Source: an uncultured cyanobacterium
Lineage (GTDB): Bacteria > Cyanobacteriota > Cyanobacteriia > Cyanobacteriales > Cyanobacteriaceae
DNA: 64,000 bases
Direction: 5' to 3'
NCBI GenBank assembly: GCA_963710605.1
Contig: CAVQBA010000004.1
Coordinates: 1,056,001 to 1,120,000 of the forward strand
Shown here: positions 51,029-62,938 of the stretch, in pieces
Layout of the letters: every line of letters begins with the position of its first letter
Position numbering within the stretch: position 1 is the stretch's first letter
The notes under the pieces: generated by a model
What the model saw: only the letters and a program-made list of their open reading frames with translations
Databases searched by the model: none
What the model was told of the DNA's origin: nothing
Position numbers and translations under genes: made by a program

Positions 51029-51853
51029 TTATTTATTATCTTCTTGCGTTACTGTATCTGATAAAAAACTTAAACCAGATGAGTTATCATCGTCGCTATC
51101 ATCAGAATTAGAAAAAGAAGAATAACTATTGCTAGCAGTCGAGCTAGTTACTTCTTTTAATTGAGGTACAAATTCTGTTCCTTTTAATCTTAAACCTAAT
51201 TCAAATAAAAATTCAGCTAAATCATCTCTAGCTACTTTACTTTCTGTGAGTAATGAAAAACGAGTATCTAATTCCGAAAAAATTTGCTCTCTCAAACTTA
51301 AAATATCTTCTTGTAATTTTTCTCGACTAGAAAATAAATCATCTCTTAATGTGTCCGTTTTACTTTCAAAATTTTGTTCAATAGAATCAAAAGTTGTACT
51401 TGCTTTTCTGTTTAATCGCTCAATTTGTTGACGAATATCAATTTTTTCTTCATCATTTTTTTGGTTTAAAGATCTAACTTTACTATCTAAACTACTAACT
51501 TCTATTTGTAATTGTTTAAATAGATCAGTTTTGACTTCTTCAGTAGCATTAGAAATACGTTTATTTAACATTTCCATCTTTTGTTGAAGATCAAATTTAT
51601 CTTGCTCATCTTTAAGACTAATCGACTTAATTTTTTTTTCGACATTATCAACAGAGGCGGCAAAATCGCTAGACAAAACTTGCTTTAATTCATCAGTACG
51701 CTCACGAATTTCTTGTTGGGTGACAGATAAATTTTTCTCTAGTTGTTCTAAACGATGCCCCCACTCTCTTAGATAAGAACCAAATAAAATATCTCTAATT
51801 TGATCTACATTACCTAACCGTTCTCTAAGATCGCTATTATTAGTATCATTCAT
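51029..51853 (-). CDS. Coiled-coil (apolipoprotein-like) protein
   Basis: N-terminal RERLGNVDQIRDILFG and C-terminal KVARDDLAE.LFELGLRLK flank a long heptad region. Confidence 0.8.
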   Translation of the reverse strand: MNDTNNSDLRERLGNVDQIRDILFGSYLREWGHRLEQLEKNLSVTQQEIRERTDELKQVLSSDFAASVDNVEKKIKSISLKDEQDKFDLQQKMEMLNKRISNATEEVKTDLFKQLQIEVSSLDSKVRSLNQKNDEEKIDIRQQIERLNRKASTTFDSIEQNFESKTDTLRDDLFSSREKLQEDILSLREQIFSELDTRFSLLTESKVARDDLAEFLFELGLRLKGTEFVPQLKEVTSSTASNSYSSFSNSDDSDDDNSSGLSFLSDTVTQEDNK

Positions 51854-52282
51854 AATTATTGTCTAGTAAAATGTAAATTTAGATACAATTTTCGGGTTAT
51901 TTGTACCTTTTCATTTAATCATAAATGAGAATTTGCATAATAACAATTCTCATTTTTAGCTTGATCAATTTCTTTGATAATTACTTGTGTAGTATCATAA
52001 TCGTCACTTTTTTTTGTTAAATATAATACAAAATTGTCAATAAAATATCTTAAATATCTTTTAAAATTCTGATAATAATTTGTTTTAATTATAATTTTTA
52101 CAATATATACAGTAGGTAATAAGATTAATTTTGTCGAAGGCTTCATTATTATTCTGTGACTTAATTGATTGTTATAGTTAGAGAAAAATTAGCAATTTTT
52201 TAGTAAAGTAGATTGACAAATATGTGATTGTGATTGTGATGTTAATATAGTACTTACGCAAAATCAACTCTTAAAAAATAGA

Positions 52283-52846
52283 ATGGTTCAACCAAGTTTG
52301 CATAAGTTAGTTTTTCAAGCGGCTAAAGAAATTTTAGCGGAGGGAAAGTATCCGACAATGGATTTAATTTGTGACAGGTTAAATTTAAATCCTCAACAAA
52401 TAAATGATGGTTTAGATATTTCATCATCGCCAAATAGTAATGAATCAAGTGAGATTCCAAATGCTGAGATTGAAATTTTAGAAGCATTAACTTTAATCAA
52501 TCGCTTACAAGAAGAAGAGATAAATCAAAATACCCAGCAGATAATAGATGAAGTGGAAGTGGAGGTTGAAGAAGAAGAAAACTTTGAGCAACCAAATCAT
52601 AATGAAGAATCGATTGAAGAATTAGTTGAGAAAGTCGATCGAAAAGCTCAGTATATGGCGGCGGCTGAAGCTGTTTTAACTCAAGAACTTTATCGCTATT
52701 ATCGTAATACCCACAAGTTTTCGGTAGCCGATGTCAAACACCAAGTAGAAAATGCTTTACTTGAAACGCAAAGCGATTGGGAAGATGATATCCAAAATTT
52801 TTCACCCGCAGTCATACTCAAAAAATACGGCAAGTCGAGTCGTTAA
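52283..52846 (+). CDS. Acidic protein with KfrA_N-like helix-turn-helix
   Basis: VFQAAKEILAEGKYPTMDLICDRL fits the V..AA..L...G..PT...V...L pattern. Confidence 0.6.
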   Translation: MVQPSLHKLVFQAAKEILAEGKYPTMDLICDRLNLNPQQINDGLDISSSPNSNESSEIPNAEIEILEALTLINRLQEEEINQNTQQIIDEVEVEVEEEENFEQPNHNEESIEELVEKVDRKAQYMAAAEAVLTQELYRYYRNTHKFSVADVKHQVENALLETQSDWEDDIQNFSPAVILKKYGKSSR

Positions 52847-52851
52847 AGTTA

Positions 52852-53034
52852 TTGTCTAAGGGGGCAACCCTAGAAAGACAAATACTTTTTCATTTATGGC
52901 TTGTTTTTTGTTTAAGTACGGCTGCGACTATGATGATGACTTTAGGGGTGCAAAATCTGCAAAATATTTTCATAATTTCTGTGACATCAAGTAGTTTAGG
53001 ATTAGCTGTTTATGTCAAGACACTAAAAAATTAG
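52852..53034 (+). CDS. Small two-TM protein
   Basis: Two hydrophobic segments; tightly packed between co-oriented ORFs; TTG start. Confidence 0.5.
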   Translation: MSKGATLERQILFHLWLVFCLSTAATMMMTLGVQNLQNIFIISVTSSSLGLAVYVKTLKN

Positions 53035-53077
53035 AGATTCAGATCAAAAAGTTTTTTATTTACTAGGAGAAAAATTA

Positions 53078-53599
53078 ATGTTATTTGACAAGAAGTTAAC
53101 CACCGTTGGTAATAAAATAAAATCTAATACATCAGAAATTAATCAGTTATTAGCTACAGTCGAAAATTTACAAGAAGAAAATAAACTTTCTCAAGAGTAT
53201 TTACAGAAATTAGGGGCGGCAGAAAAGGCATCAGAATCTGCTTTAGAACAGCTTAAAACAGCTTTGCTAATGTTGAAGAATATAGATCCTCGTTTGATGG
53301 ATATTGTTAAGCAAGAAGTGGAAAATATTTGTTTACAAGTAGAAAATTCTTCCTCATCTGCCAAAAAATTGAGTAGTAATAGTAATTCTAAAATGAGTAG
53401 TCACAATGCTCAACAAAATTCTAATCAGGAAACAAAGACTAATAAAAAGACCAAAAATAATTCAGTTAAAGATTCGACTCCAATACAGTCAGATAAAAAT
53501 ACGGCTAAAGTTGTTGAGGTAGAGATTCTTGAACCTGATGAAGATTTTAATAGTAAATCTCATTATGAAGCGGTTATGAAAATTCAACAATTACTTTAA
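53078..53599 (+). CDS. Coiled-coil hypothetical protein
   Basis: AGGAG RBS; heptad N-terminus with LGAAEKASESALEQLKTALLM; low-complexity C-terminus. Confidence 0.75.
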   Translation: MLFDKKLTTVGNKIKSNTSEINQLLATVENLQEENKLSQEYLQKLGAAEKASESALEQLKTALLMLKNIDPRLMDIVKQEVENICLQVENSSSSAKKLSSNSNSKMSSHNAQQNSNQETKTNKKTKNNSVKDSTPIQSDKNTAKVVEVEILEPDEDFNSKSHYEAVMKIQQLL

Positions 53600-53684
53600 A
53601 CATTTAAGAGATTAGGTTTTAGGAATTAGGGATTAGCAATTAGTAATTAGCAATGAATAGTTAAAACTGCTTACTCATTACTTC

Positions 53685-55400
53685 TTACTTCTTGTTTGGG
53701 GTAACATCAAGATCGATTTGAAATAGATTACCGATCGGATTTACTAAAAAACCCTCGGGGGCATAATTTTTAGGTAAATATGTTTCAGGAATTGTACTCG
53801 TGTTACCATCTCTCACTGCTGAATAAGTAGGCGAGAGAATTTCTATATCTGCTTCGTTACATTTGTCTTGCATATTTTGATGTAATTCAGAATAGATTAA
53901 TTCCATTTTAGTCGGGTAATTGGTATATACTTTCAATTCATAAGTTACCGAAAAGTCTCCTAAGCCAGTTTGCAACACGAATGGTAAAGGATTTTCTAAA
54001 ACATACTGGGTATTCAAGGCTGAAGTGATTAATGTTTCGTAAACGTTTTCCCAAGGTACATCATATCCTAAGGTGATCACCGCCGTTAAAATGACAGGTC
54101 TTCTCGTTTCTCTAATTGAGGCACTATAGTTGATTATTTCATTGTTTAATAAATTTGAATTAGGAATTGTAATTAAAATATTTTCAAAAGTACGTATCCG
54201 AGTAACTAAAAGTGATTTTTCTTCTATATCACCTAAATGATGAGATAATTTAACTCGATCGCCTATTTGAAAAGCACGAGTATAAATTAAAATAATTCCT
54301 GAGACGGCATTAGAAACTGCATTTGTTGAACCTAAAGAAACTAAAACACCTAATAAAATTGAAATATTTTGAAAAGCGGCTGAGCCAAATCCCGGTAAAT
54401 AAGGAAAAATCATAATCCCACTGACGGCAAAAATTAATAACTCCACGATGATATAAGTTGGTTGAGCCCATTCTGCATAAAACCCGGGAAAAAAAAGTGA
54501 GCCTTTTTCTATCTCATCAAATATAGGTTTGATAAAACGCAAGAAGTAATATGTGATTGCAATAATTATCACAATGATAAATAAATTAGGCAAATAATTG
54601 AGTAAAGCCTGAGCAATTAATGTCAATGAATTCAAACAATAAGCCCAAACTCTCAAGCCGATGTTTTTGGTAGCGGGAAAGAAACCCAAAATTAAAGTAA
54701 TCGCAATAATCACAGAAGTTAAATGTAAAACAAATGTTATATTTTTAGTCGTAATTTGTAAAACATGGATTAACCTTTTAGCACTTAATATTTCTATACC
54801 ACGAATACTAATACCTGAAAGAGTGGGATAAATATTGCTCAGAAAGTTATAAACAAAATTAATGGCAAAGAAAATAATTATCCAAACTAATATCGTGATA
54901 ATTGTATAAACTATTCCTTGTAAGATATTACTTGATTCTCTACTTTGTTGGTAATTTTCAATTCCTTCTTCAATCGTTATTAAATAGTTTTGAATTAAAT
55001 CTTCTTTATCTAATTGAGACGATTCAATATCTTTATCTGTTACCGTCATAATTACCGTTTCTACCGTCAGCCTATCAGCAGAAATAAAAGAAAGATTACC
55101 TTCACTCGTCACTTGAAGTGCATCTACGGTAAATAAAGGATTTTGAGCTAAATTTTGTAATCTTTCACTAATATTTTTAGCTCTTTGTTGGGCAGAAACA
55201 GGACCAAAACCGTTTTCGATTGAAAATAATTCTCGTCCATCTAATATTACAGGATACGATCGATTAGTAATTTCTTCTTCTTGGTTTTGAGATGTATCGT
55301 CAATTGGTGTATCTATTTGTTGAGCAATTGTCTGATGCGAAAATAAGACAAGACAAATAGTAAGTAAAAAAAGTATTAGAATTCGTCTAATTTGTTTCAT
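53685..55400 (-). CDS. MscS family mechanosensitive channel with periplasmic N-domain
   Basis: SN.VSG.IL...R.F.IGD.V, IPNS.L, NYS and IEILSP motifs. Confidence 0.92.
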   Translation of the reverse strand: MKQIRRILILFLLTICLVLFSHQTIAQQIDTPIDDTSQNQEEEITNRSYPVILDGRELFSIENGFGPVSAQQRAKNISERLQNLAQNPLFTVDALQVTSEGNLSFISADRLTVETVIMTVTDKDIESSQLDKEDLIQNYLITIEEGIENYQQSRESSNILQGIVYTIITILVWIIIFFAINFVYNFLSNIYPTLSGISIRGIEILSAKRLIHVLQITTKNITFVLHLTSVIIAITLILGFFPATKNIGLRVWAYCLNSLTLIAQALLNYLPNLFIIVIIIAITYYFLRFIKPIFDEIEKGSLFFPGFYAEWAQPTYIIVELLIFAVSGIMIFPYLPGFGSAAFQNISILLGVLVSLGSTNAVSNAVSGIILIYTRAFQIGDRVKLSHHLGDIEEKSLLVTRIRTFENILITIPNSNLLNNEIINYSASIRETRRPVILTAVITLGYDVPWENVYETLITSALNTQYVLENPLPFVLQTGLGDFSVTYELKVYTNYPTKMELIYSELHQNMQDKCNEADIEILSPTYSAVRDGNTSTIPETYLPKNYAPEGFLVNPIGNLFQIDLDVTPNKK

Positions 55401-55613
55401 CTTTTTTTCTAACTAATACAAGTATTGAGAGAAGGACTAATTTTAATGTCCTTGTTAGGGTTATTCTATGAGCATTAAGAAGGGCTGAAGTTCTCATTAC
55501 GAACAAATTTCCCCAAAAGCTAAATAAATAATTGATGATGATTTTAACAGATTGGTTATCAATCAAAATTTATCTGTTTTGGGGAGGTTTTATTAATTAG
55601 TTAAGATTGTGAG

Positions 55614-56823
55614 TTAAGAAACGGTTGTGTTTAAAGCCGCAATACCAGGTAGCACTTTACCTTCGAGTAATTCTAAACTAGCACCACCACCAGTAGAAAT
55701 ATGACTCATTTTATCGGCAACACCAACTTTTTCGACGGCGGAAACTGAATCACCACCACCAATAATGGTTATTGTGCCTTTGTCGGTTAATTGTGCTAAG
55801 GTGTTAGCGATTGCTTCTGTTCCTTTAGCAAATTTTTCAAATTCAAATACACCCATAGCGACCATTCCAAATCACTGTACCACAACCATCAAGAGCATCT
55901 TGGAAGGTTTTGACTGAATCAGGACCAATATCTAAACCCATCCAACCATCAGGAATTTCTTCAACGCTAACAGTTTTGGCATTAGCGTCAGGGGCAAAAT
56001 TATCAGCAACAATTACATCAGTAGGAAGTAAAAATTCAACGCCTTTTTCTTCTGCTTTTTTCATTAATTCTTTAGCTAAATCTAATTTATCTTCTTCAAC
56101 TAAAGATTTACCAACACTTAAACCTTTGGCTTTATAGAATGTAAAAATCATTCCGCCACCAAGAATTAATTTGTCGCATTTTTCTAGTAATGCTTCAATG
56201 ACACCAATTTTACTAGAAACTTTAGAACCACCAATAATAGAGATTAAAGGCTTTTTAGGAGATTCGATCGCTTTTTGTAAGAATTCTAATTCTTTTTCAA
56301 TTAACAAACCAGCAACAGCAGTAGAAAGGTATTTAGTTACCCCTTCAGTAGAAGCATGGGCGCGGTGAGCAGTACCAAAGGCATCATTAACATACAAGTC
56401 GGCATTGCTAGCTAATTTTTTGGCAAATTCAGCATCATTAGCTTCTTCTTCATTATAAAAACGGAGATTTTCGAGTAAAACAACATCGCCATTACTCATT
56501 GCATTAACCGTACTGGTTACTTCATCACCGATACAATCGTCACACTTAACGACTTTTTGCTCTAATAATTCACCTAAACGCTTACCAACAGCAGTTAAAC
56601 GTAATTCTTCTTTTACTTGACCTTTAGGACGACCCATATGGCTACATAAAATTACTTTAGCACCATTTGAGGTTAATTCTTTGATTGTAGGTAACGCCGC
56701 TTTGATACGTGTATCGTCTGAAATAGTACCACTATCCATCGGTACATTGAAATCCACACGCATTAATACTTTTTTACCTTCAAAGTCAGTTTTCTTTAAA
56801 TTGTTAATACTTTTTTTGGTCAT
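55614..56823 (-). CDS. pgk: Phosphoglycerate kinase, split by an apparent 1-bp insertion at about 55859
   Basis: RVDFNVP, LLENLRF and [11 protein letters not shown] in one frame, GVFE...GGGDS...[11 protein letters not shown] in the next; deleting 55859 restores WNGPMGVFE. Confidence 0.95.
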
Positions 56824-56923
56824 GATGATATATCTTGCTATTTGTTAGATAATAAAAATAGGTAAGTAAATTTTTTTACTCTTTTGCCGATTTTACCCGA
56901 CAATGTAACGAGAGGTAAATGTT

Positions 56924-57322
56924 ATGTTCAAAAACGTTCTTTTTCCCATCGATCCGAGTCGAGAAACACAAGATGCGATCGCTATTGTTAGTAGTATCGT
57001 AAAAACTTATAATAGTACGTTATATTTATTGTCTGTAGTTGAACAATCACAAGATAATTCCTCTATGATGACCGATGAAGATAAAGTAGCAAAATTATTA
57101 GCTAGTGCGAAAAATATGTTTGCCGATGAAGAAATTATCGCCGAAACGATCGAACAAGAAGGAATGCCTCCTTTTGTTATCTGTGATGTGGCAGAACAAA
57201 TACAAGCTAATTTGATTATTATGGGTTGTCGAGGCTTAGGTTTAACCCACGAAGGTGTTGATGATAGCGTCACTAATCGTGTTATTAATCTTGCTCCTTG
57301 TCCTGTTTTAGTTGTACCTTAA
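56924..57322 (+). CDS. Universal stress protein (UspA family)
   Basis: FK.VLFPID.S, LIIMGCRG and SV...V....PCPVLVVP motifs. Confidence 0.93.
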   Translation: MFKNVLFPIDPSRETQDAIAIVSSIVKTYNSTLYLLSVVEQSQDNSSMMTDEDKVAKLLASAKNMFADEEIIAETIEQEGMPPFVICDVAEQIQANLIIMGCRGLGLTHEGVDDSVTNRVINLAPCPVLVVP

Positions 57323-57435
57323 TGATTAATAATTAATAATTAAATACATTTAAGCGATCGCTCGAATTACAAATAGTAGGGTGGGTATAACAGCTCACCT
57401 TAGCTCTAATAATAAGTCAATAACTGTCTTGAAGT

Positions 57436-58788
57436 ATGCAAAAAATTCTTGGTTTATTTTCATTGCCTAAAAAATTTTTTTTTCCTCTGGTAATTACTAG
57501 TGCCTTTATTTTTGTAAGTACACCTGTTGTTTTAAGCCAAGAAGTTTTACCTGTACAACAGTCAGATACTCCTGAGCAAACAACGATTAACGACGCTGAA
57601 AATGGACTTTATTTTGCCGATGTTTTAGTTAGAGGCAGACCAATTTTCCAAATAGGTAGTTTATCCTCAGTTAATGCAAGCGATCGAGCTGATATAATTA
57701 ACCGACGTATAGCAGGAATATTAGCACAACCTGATCCTCCCGAACAAGTTGTTGTTAAAACAGATAATCCTCGTAAAATTGCTACTTTGCAAATTAATAA
57801 TCGAGTGATTATGACGGTTACCCAGCAAGATGCAGATGACTTTGGTGTGGAGATAGAAGAGTTAGCTCAAACATGGGCAACACGTCTAGAAAAAGCATTA
57901 CAACGACCACCTTTAGCTGTTGATGTTGGGCAAAGACTTTATGGTACAGTTAGACAATTTATTAATCAAACGATCGATCAATTACCCTCCGTTATTGGTG
58001 CATTTATCGTGGTTATCTTTACTTGGACGACCGCAATTGGTGTTAAAATTGCTGTTTCTACTTGGGCTAAACAAACTGAAGGAGATACCAATACTGAAAT
58101 ATTGATCGCTAGGCTAAGCTATGGCGGTGTCTGGATAGTTGGTGCAGTAATTGCTTTAGGAGTGCTAGGTTTAGATTTTGGGGCTTTATTAGGAGCTTTA
58201 GGTTTGACTAGTGTAGCGATCGGTTTTAGCCTTAAAGATGTCTTAAGTAACTACATCTCTGGGGTTATTTTACTCGCCGCTCGACCATTTAGAATTGATG
58301 ATCAAGTTGTTATTGGTGATTATGAAGGCACAATTACTCAAATACAACTACGAGCCACTACCTTAAAAACTTATGATGGTAGATTAGTTTATATTCCTAA
58401 TCAAGAAATATTTCAAGCTAGTATCACCAACAATACGGCTTCTCCTCGTCGTCGTAGTTCGATCATGGTGGGGATAGACTACGCTGAAGAAATTGATCAA
58501 GCCAAAGAGGTGATTTTAGAAACTTTATACTCGATCGAATTAGTCGAAAAAAAACCCCTTACAGAAGTTTTAGTGACGGAATTAGGAGCAAGTACAGTTA
58601 ATTTAGAAGTGCGTTTTTGGGTTGATTCTCGTCGAGCAGGATTTTTAACCACAACTTCATTAGTTGCTCAAAGAATTAAAGAAGCCTTAGAAAGAGAAAA
58701 TATCGATATGCCAACAGATATTTATACTCTGGTATTACGAGATTCTTCTCTAGTCATCGAACCGAAAACAGAAAACGATGAACAGTGA
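57436..58788 (+). CDS. MscS family channel with periplasmic N-domain
   Basis: GALGL..VAIGFSLKD..SN..SG, RPFRI.D and IPN motifs. Confidence 0.92.
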   Translation: MQKILGLFSLPKKFFFPLVITSAFIFVSTPVVLSQEVLPVQQSDTPEQTTINDAENGLYFADVLVRGRPIFQIGSLSSVNASDRADIINRRIAGILAQPDPPEQVVVKTDNPRKIATLQINNRVIMTVTQQDADDFGVEIEELAQTWATRLEKALQRPPLAVDVGQRLYGTVRQFINQTIDQLPSVIGAFIVVIFTWTTAIGVKIAVSTWAKQTEGDTNTEILIARLSYGGVWIVGAVIALGVLGLDFGALLGALGLTSVAIGFSLKDVLSNYISGVILLAARPFRIDDQVVIGDYEGTITQIQLRATTLKTYDGRLVYIPNQEIFQASITNNTASPRRRSSIMVGIDYAEEIDQAKEVILETLYSIELVEKKPLTEVLVTELGASTVNLEVRFWVDSRRAGFLTTTSLVAQRIKEALERENIDMPTDIYTLVLRDSSLVIEPKTENDEQ

Positions 58789-58879
58789 ATAATTGTCAAC
58801 TATTCCTAATGATAGATGTCTTTATTATCTATCTGGATCAAGATATACCAAGTAAATATTTACAATTATTAATAGAATA

Positions 58880-59968
58880 GTGATTAATTCTGTGCTGTTA
58901 ACATTTTTAAATACAGAATATTTGAGTAATAGAATTCTTGATTATCTAATTGCACTCGGAATTATTTTGGGTGGTATTTTAGGAATTAAAATTTTAAGAA
59001 GATTTATTCTCAAGAGTTTGAAAAAATGGACTAAAAAAACTGTCAGTGGATTAGATGATTCTTTAATTAGAATTTTTGAGCAAACTTTTATTCCTGCTTT
59101 TTATTTAGGCAGTTTTTATTTAGCGATTTCTAATCTTAGTTTACATCCTATATTCAAAGAAACTTTTAATGTTTTCGGGGTTATTATTGCGACTATCATC
59201 GGTATTCGCTTTTTCATCTCTTTAGCCGAATATTTTTTACGTGTTTATGTGGTTAGTCGTGAAAGTAAAAATGATGATTTAGCTCAAAGTATTCATTCTT
59301 TTATCCCTGCGATTAGAACGATTATTTGGGCAATTGGTTTAGTTTTTATTCTCGATAACCTCGGCTTTGATGTTTCTTCGGTTATTGCTACTTTGGGAAT
59401 TGGGGGGGTAGCGATTGCTTTAGCGTCACAAGGTGTATTACAAGATCTGTTTAGTTATTTCTCAATTTTATTTGACCGTCCTTTTGAGTTAGGTGATTTT
59501 ATCATTGTTAGTGATTTTGTCGGTACAGTTGAACACGTTGGTATCAAAACAACTCGTCTCACAAGTTTGGATGGAGAAGCGATTGTCATTGCTAATTCAG
59601 ATTTAATTAATTCTCGGATTCGTAATTATAAACGAATGAAAAAAAGAAGAATAGTTTTTAAAATTGGTGTTACATATCAAACAGATGTTAATCAATTAAA
59701 GAGTATTCCTATTATTATTCAAAATATTGTTGAAAATACTAATAATACAACTTTCGATCGAACTCATTTTAGTACTTATAATGAATTTAGTTTAGATTTT
59801 GAAATAGTCTATTACGTAACAACAAATGACTATAATAAATACATGGATGCACAACAAGAAATTAATCTTAAAATCAAACAAGAATTCGATCGACACAATA
59901 TCAAATTTGCTTATCCTACTCAAGTTAATTATCTTAATAGTTCTTCCTTAGCAAAATCTTTAAATTAA
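58880..59968 (+). CDS. MscS family channel
   Basis: LGIGGVAIALA.Q, DRPFELGDFI and I.FAYPTQ motifs. Confidence 0.92.
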   Translation: MINSVLLTFLNTEYLSNRILDYLIALGIILGGILGIKILRRFILKSLKKWTKKTVSGLDDSLIRIFEQTFIPAFYLGSFYLAISNLSLHPIFKETFNVFGVIIATIIGIRFFISLAEYFLRVYVVSRESKNDDLAQSIHSFIPAIRTIIWAIGLVFILDNLGFDVSSVIATLGIGGVAIALASQGVLQDLFSYFSILFDRPFELGDFIIVSDFVGTVEHVGIKTTRLTSLDGEAIVIANSDLINSRIRNYKRMKKRRIVFKIGVTYQTDVNQLKSIPIIIQNIVENTNNTTFDRTHFSTYNEFSLDFEIVYYVTTNDYNKYMDAQQEINLKIKQEFDRHNIKFAYPTQVNYLNSSSLAKSLN

Positions 59969-60381
59969 AATATATATAGTATTTAAATATTAATTATTTA
60001 GATAGTTTATTTTTATTTATAGTTAGTTAAAATAAATACGATTACAATTAACCATCATATTTTGTAGTTAAATTTATTCAATAATATTTATTACTTTTAT
60101 CAGTGATTGCGATCATTAAATCAAGCTCAGATTTTTTATCTAGATTTGAATGAGTATGCTTATTTTTTTTGTCTAAAATAATTGAAATATTCGGCGATCG
60201 CTTTTTGAGAATAACTATTAAAAAAATGTTAAGATAATGTTTAATTATGAACCTTTCATTTTAGTTGCAGTTAATTAAAATATATTGATAGTTTAAATAA
60301 CAAAGTTTTACTAAGCTAGCCTTTACTTTCTTTCCAAATAAATACAATTTATAAATGATAATTCTTCTCAAAAAATAGAAC

Positions 60382-60666
60382 ATGACAAATAATTTTAATA
60401 AAGCCCCGAAAAAATCTAATTTAACACCTAAAAAATATGCCTATTTAAAAGCCGAGGCACAAGCACCATATAAAGGTTTACGTAAATTTATTTATTTTGG
60501 AATAGGTGCTTCTGGTGCAATAGGTGCTTTCATTTTTTTCATCCAAATTCTTGCTCAAAAAACTACTAGTGAAACAATAGGCAACTTTTTTATTCAAATA
60601 GCTGTTATTTCATTAATGGTTTTTTTGTACCGTTTAGAAGATTGGAAAAAAACTGATAAAAATTGA
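60382..60666 (+). CDS. DUF3493 (LPA1-like) two-TM protein
   Basis: LKAEA.APY.GLR.F.Y...GASG.IG motif. Confidence 0.8.
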   Translation: MTNNFNKAPKKSNLTPKKYAYLKAEAQAPYKGLRKFIYFGIGASGAIGAFIFFIQILAQKTTSETIGNFFIQIAVISLMVFLYRLEDWKKTDKN

Positions 60667-61119
60667 GTGGATTTTTTTTATTGATGGTAATAATCACAAT
60701 GATGTTTTTTTTTAAGCTTAATCACCTGCAAGCCTTTCTAGATATAGATTAAGTAGATAAAACATCAATAATTATTCTTCATGTTATCTCTCAAATATAA
60801 AAAAAATAGGAAATTAATTTAAAATTGTTGTACATTTATATCAGAATTAGTAACACAAATTATCTAATCACAATCTAATTTTTGAGATAATTGCTAGATT
60901 AGTTAGTAATTTTTAACTATTGATTCGAGTAACTTTAAACAAGAATTAGTTGATTTTTTTGTAGTTAATGTCAAAATCGGTAGATAATAACGATTGATTA
61001 ATTCAATCAATTGTATAGTATTAGAGATTTAAGCAAATCAAAGATACAGAAAAGATTGAGACTAAAAACACAATTTGTGTAAACTTTGTTTGTAAAGAAT
61101 AGACAATAAGGAAAAATAA

Positions 61120-62433
<1,314 letters not shown>

Positions 62434-62528
62434 TTAAGATAAATAATCATAGCGGACAGATAACAGCAAATAGCGGACTATATTATTTGTTTGCTCCTTA
62501 ATTTCTCACACTTTTACTCGATATAATT

Positions 62529-62573
62529 AATCCCTCTATTTTATTTAATCCAATTTAATAAATAGGGGGATTT
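62529..62573 (+). terminator. Hairpin downstream of eno
   Basis: AATCCCTCTATTT...AAATAGGGGGATT inverted repeat. Confidence 0.45.
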
Positions 62574-62675
62574 GCTGTTGAAAAAAATTGGGATTGCTGA
62601 GTTGAGAGTATTAATTATATAGCAGAGAACGAGTTTGTTAAGACACCCAACCACCCTTAACCCTTCCTTAGCAAG

Positions 62676-62883
62676 CAGGGCTTTTTCATTCAAAGGAAGA
62701 AGAAAATAGTTAGAAGCTCAAAATAAATAGCTATAACCTCAAAATAAATAGCTAGAAGCTATTACTACTGGATCGATCGAGAGTGGTTACATTATGTTTT
62801 TACGAAAGCGAAAAAAACTGCGATCCATTTAATGCTATTTCTGGCGTTGTCTAATTTAAAAATTTTACAATGAAACAGCCCTG
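62676..62883. mobile_element. MITE with ISAs1-type terminal inverted repeats, copy 2
   Basis: TIRs CAGGGCTTTTTCATTC / CAATGAAACAGCCCTG; target duplication (T/C)TCCTTAGCAAG; internal tandem duplication of the AAATAG.TA.AA.CT unit. Confidence 0.85.
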
Positions 62884-62938
62884 CTCCTTAGCAAGGAGAG
62901 GAACTTGATTCAACTGTTAAGAGCTAACTTATTTACGA

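Noticed and set aside
47726-53600. tRNA-Thr-anchored genomic island
   Set aside because: No duplicated tRNA 3' end and no integrase seen downstream within the window.
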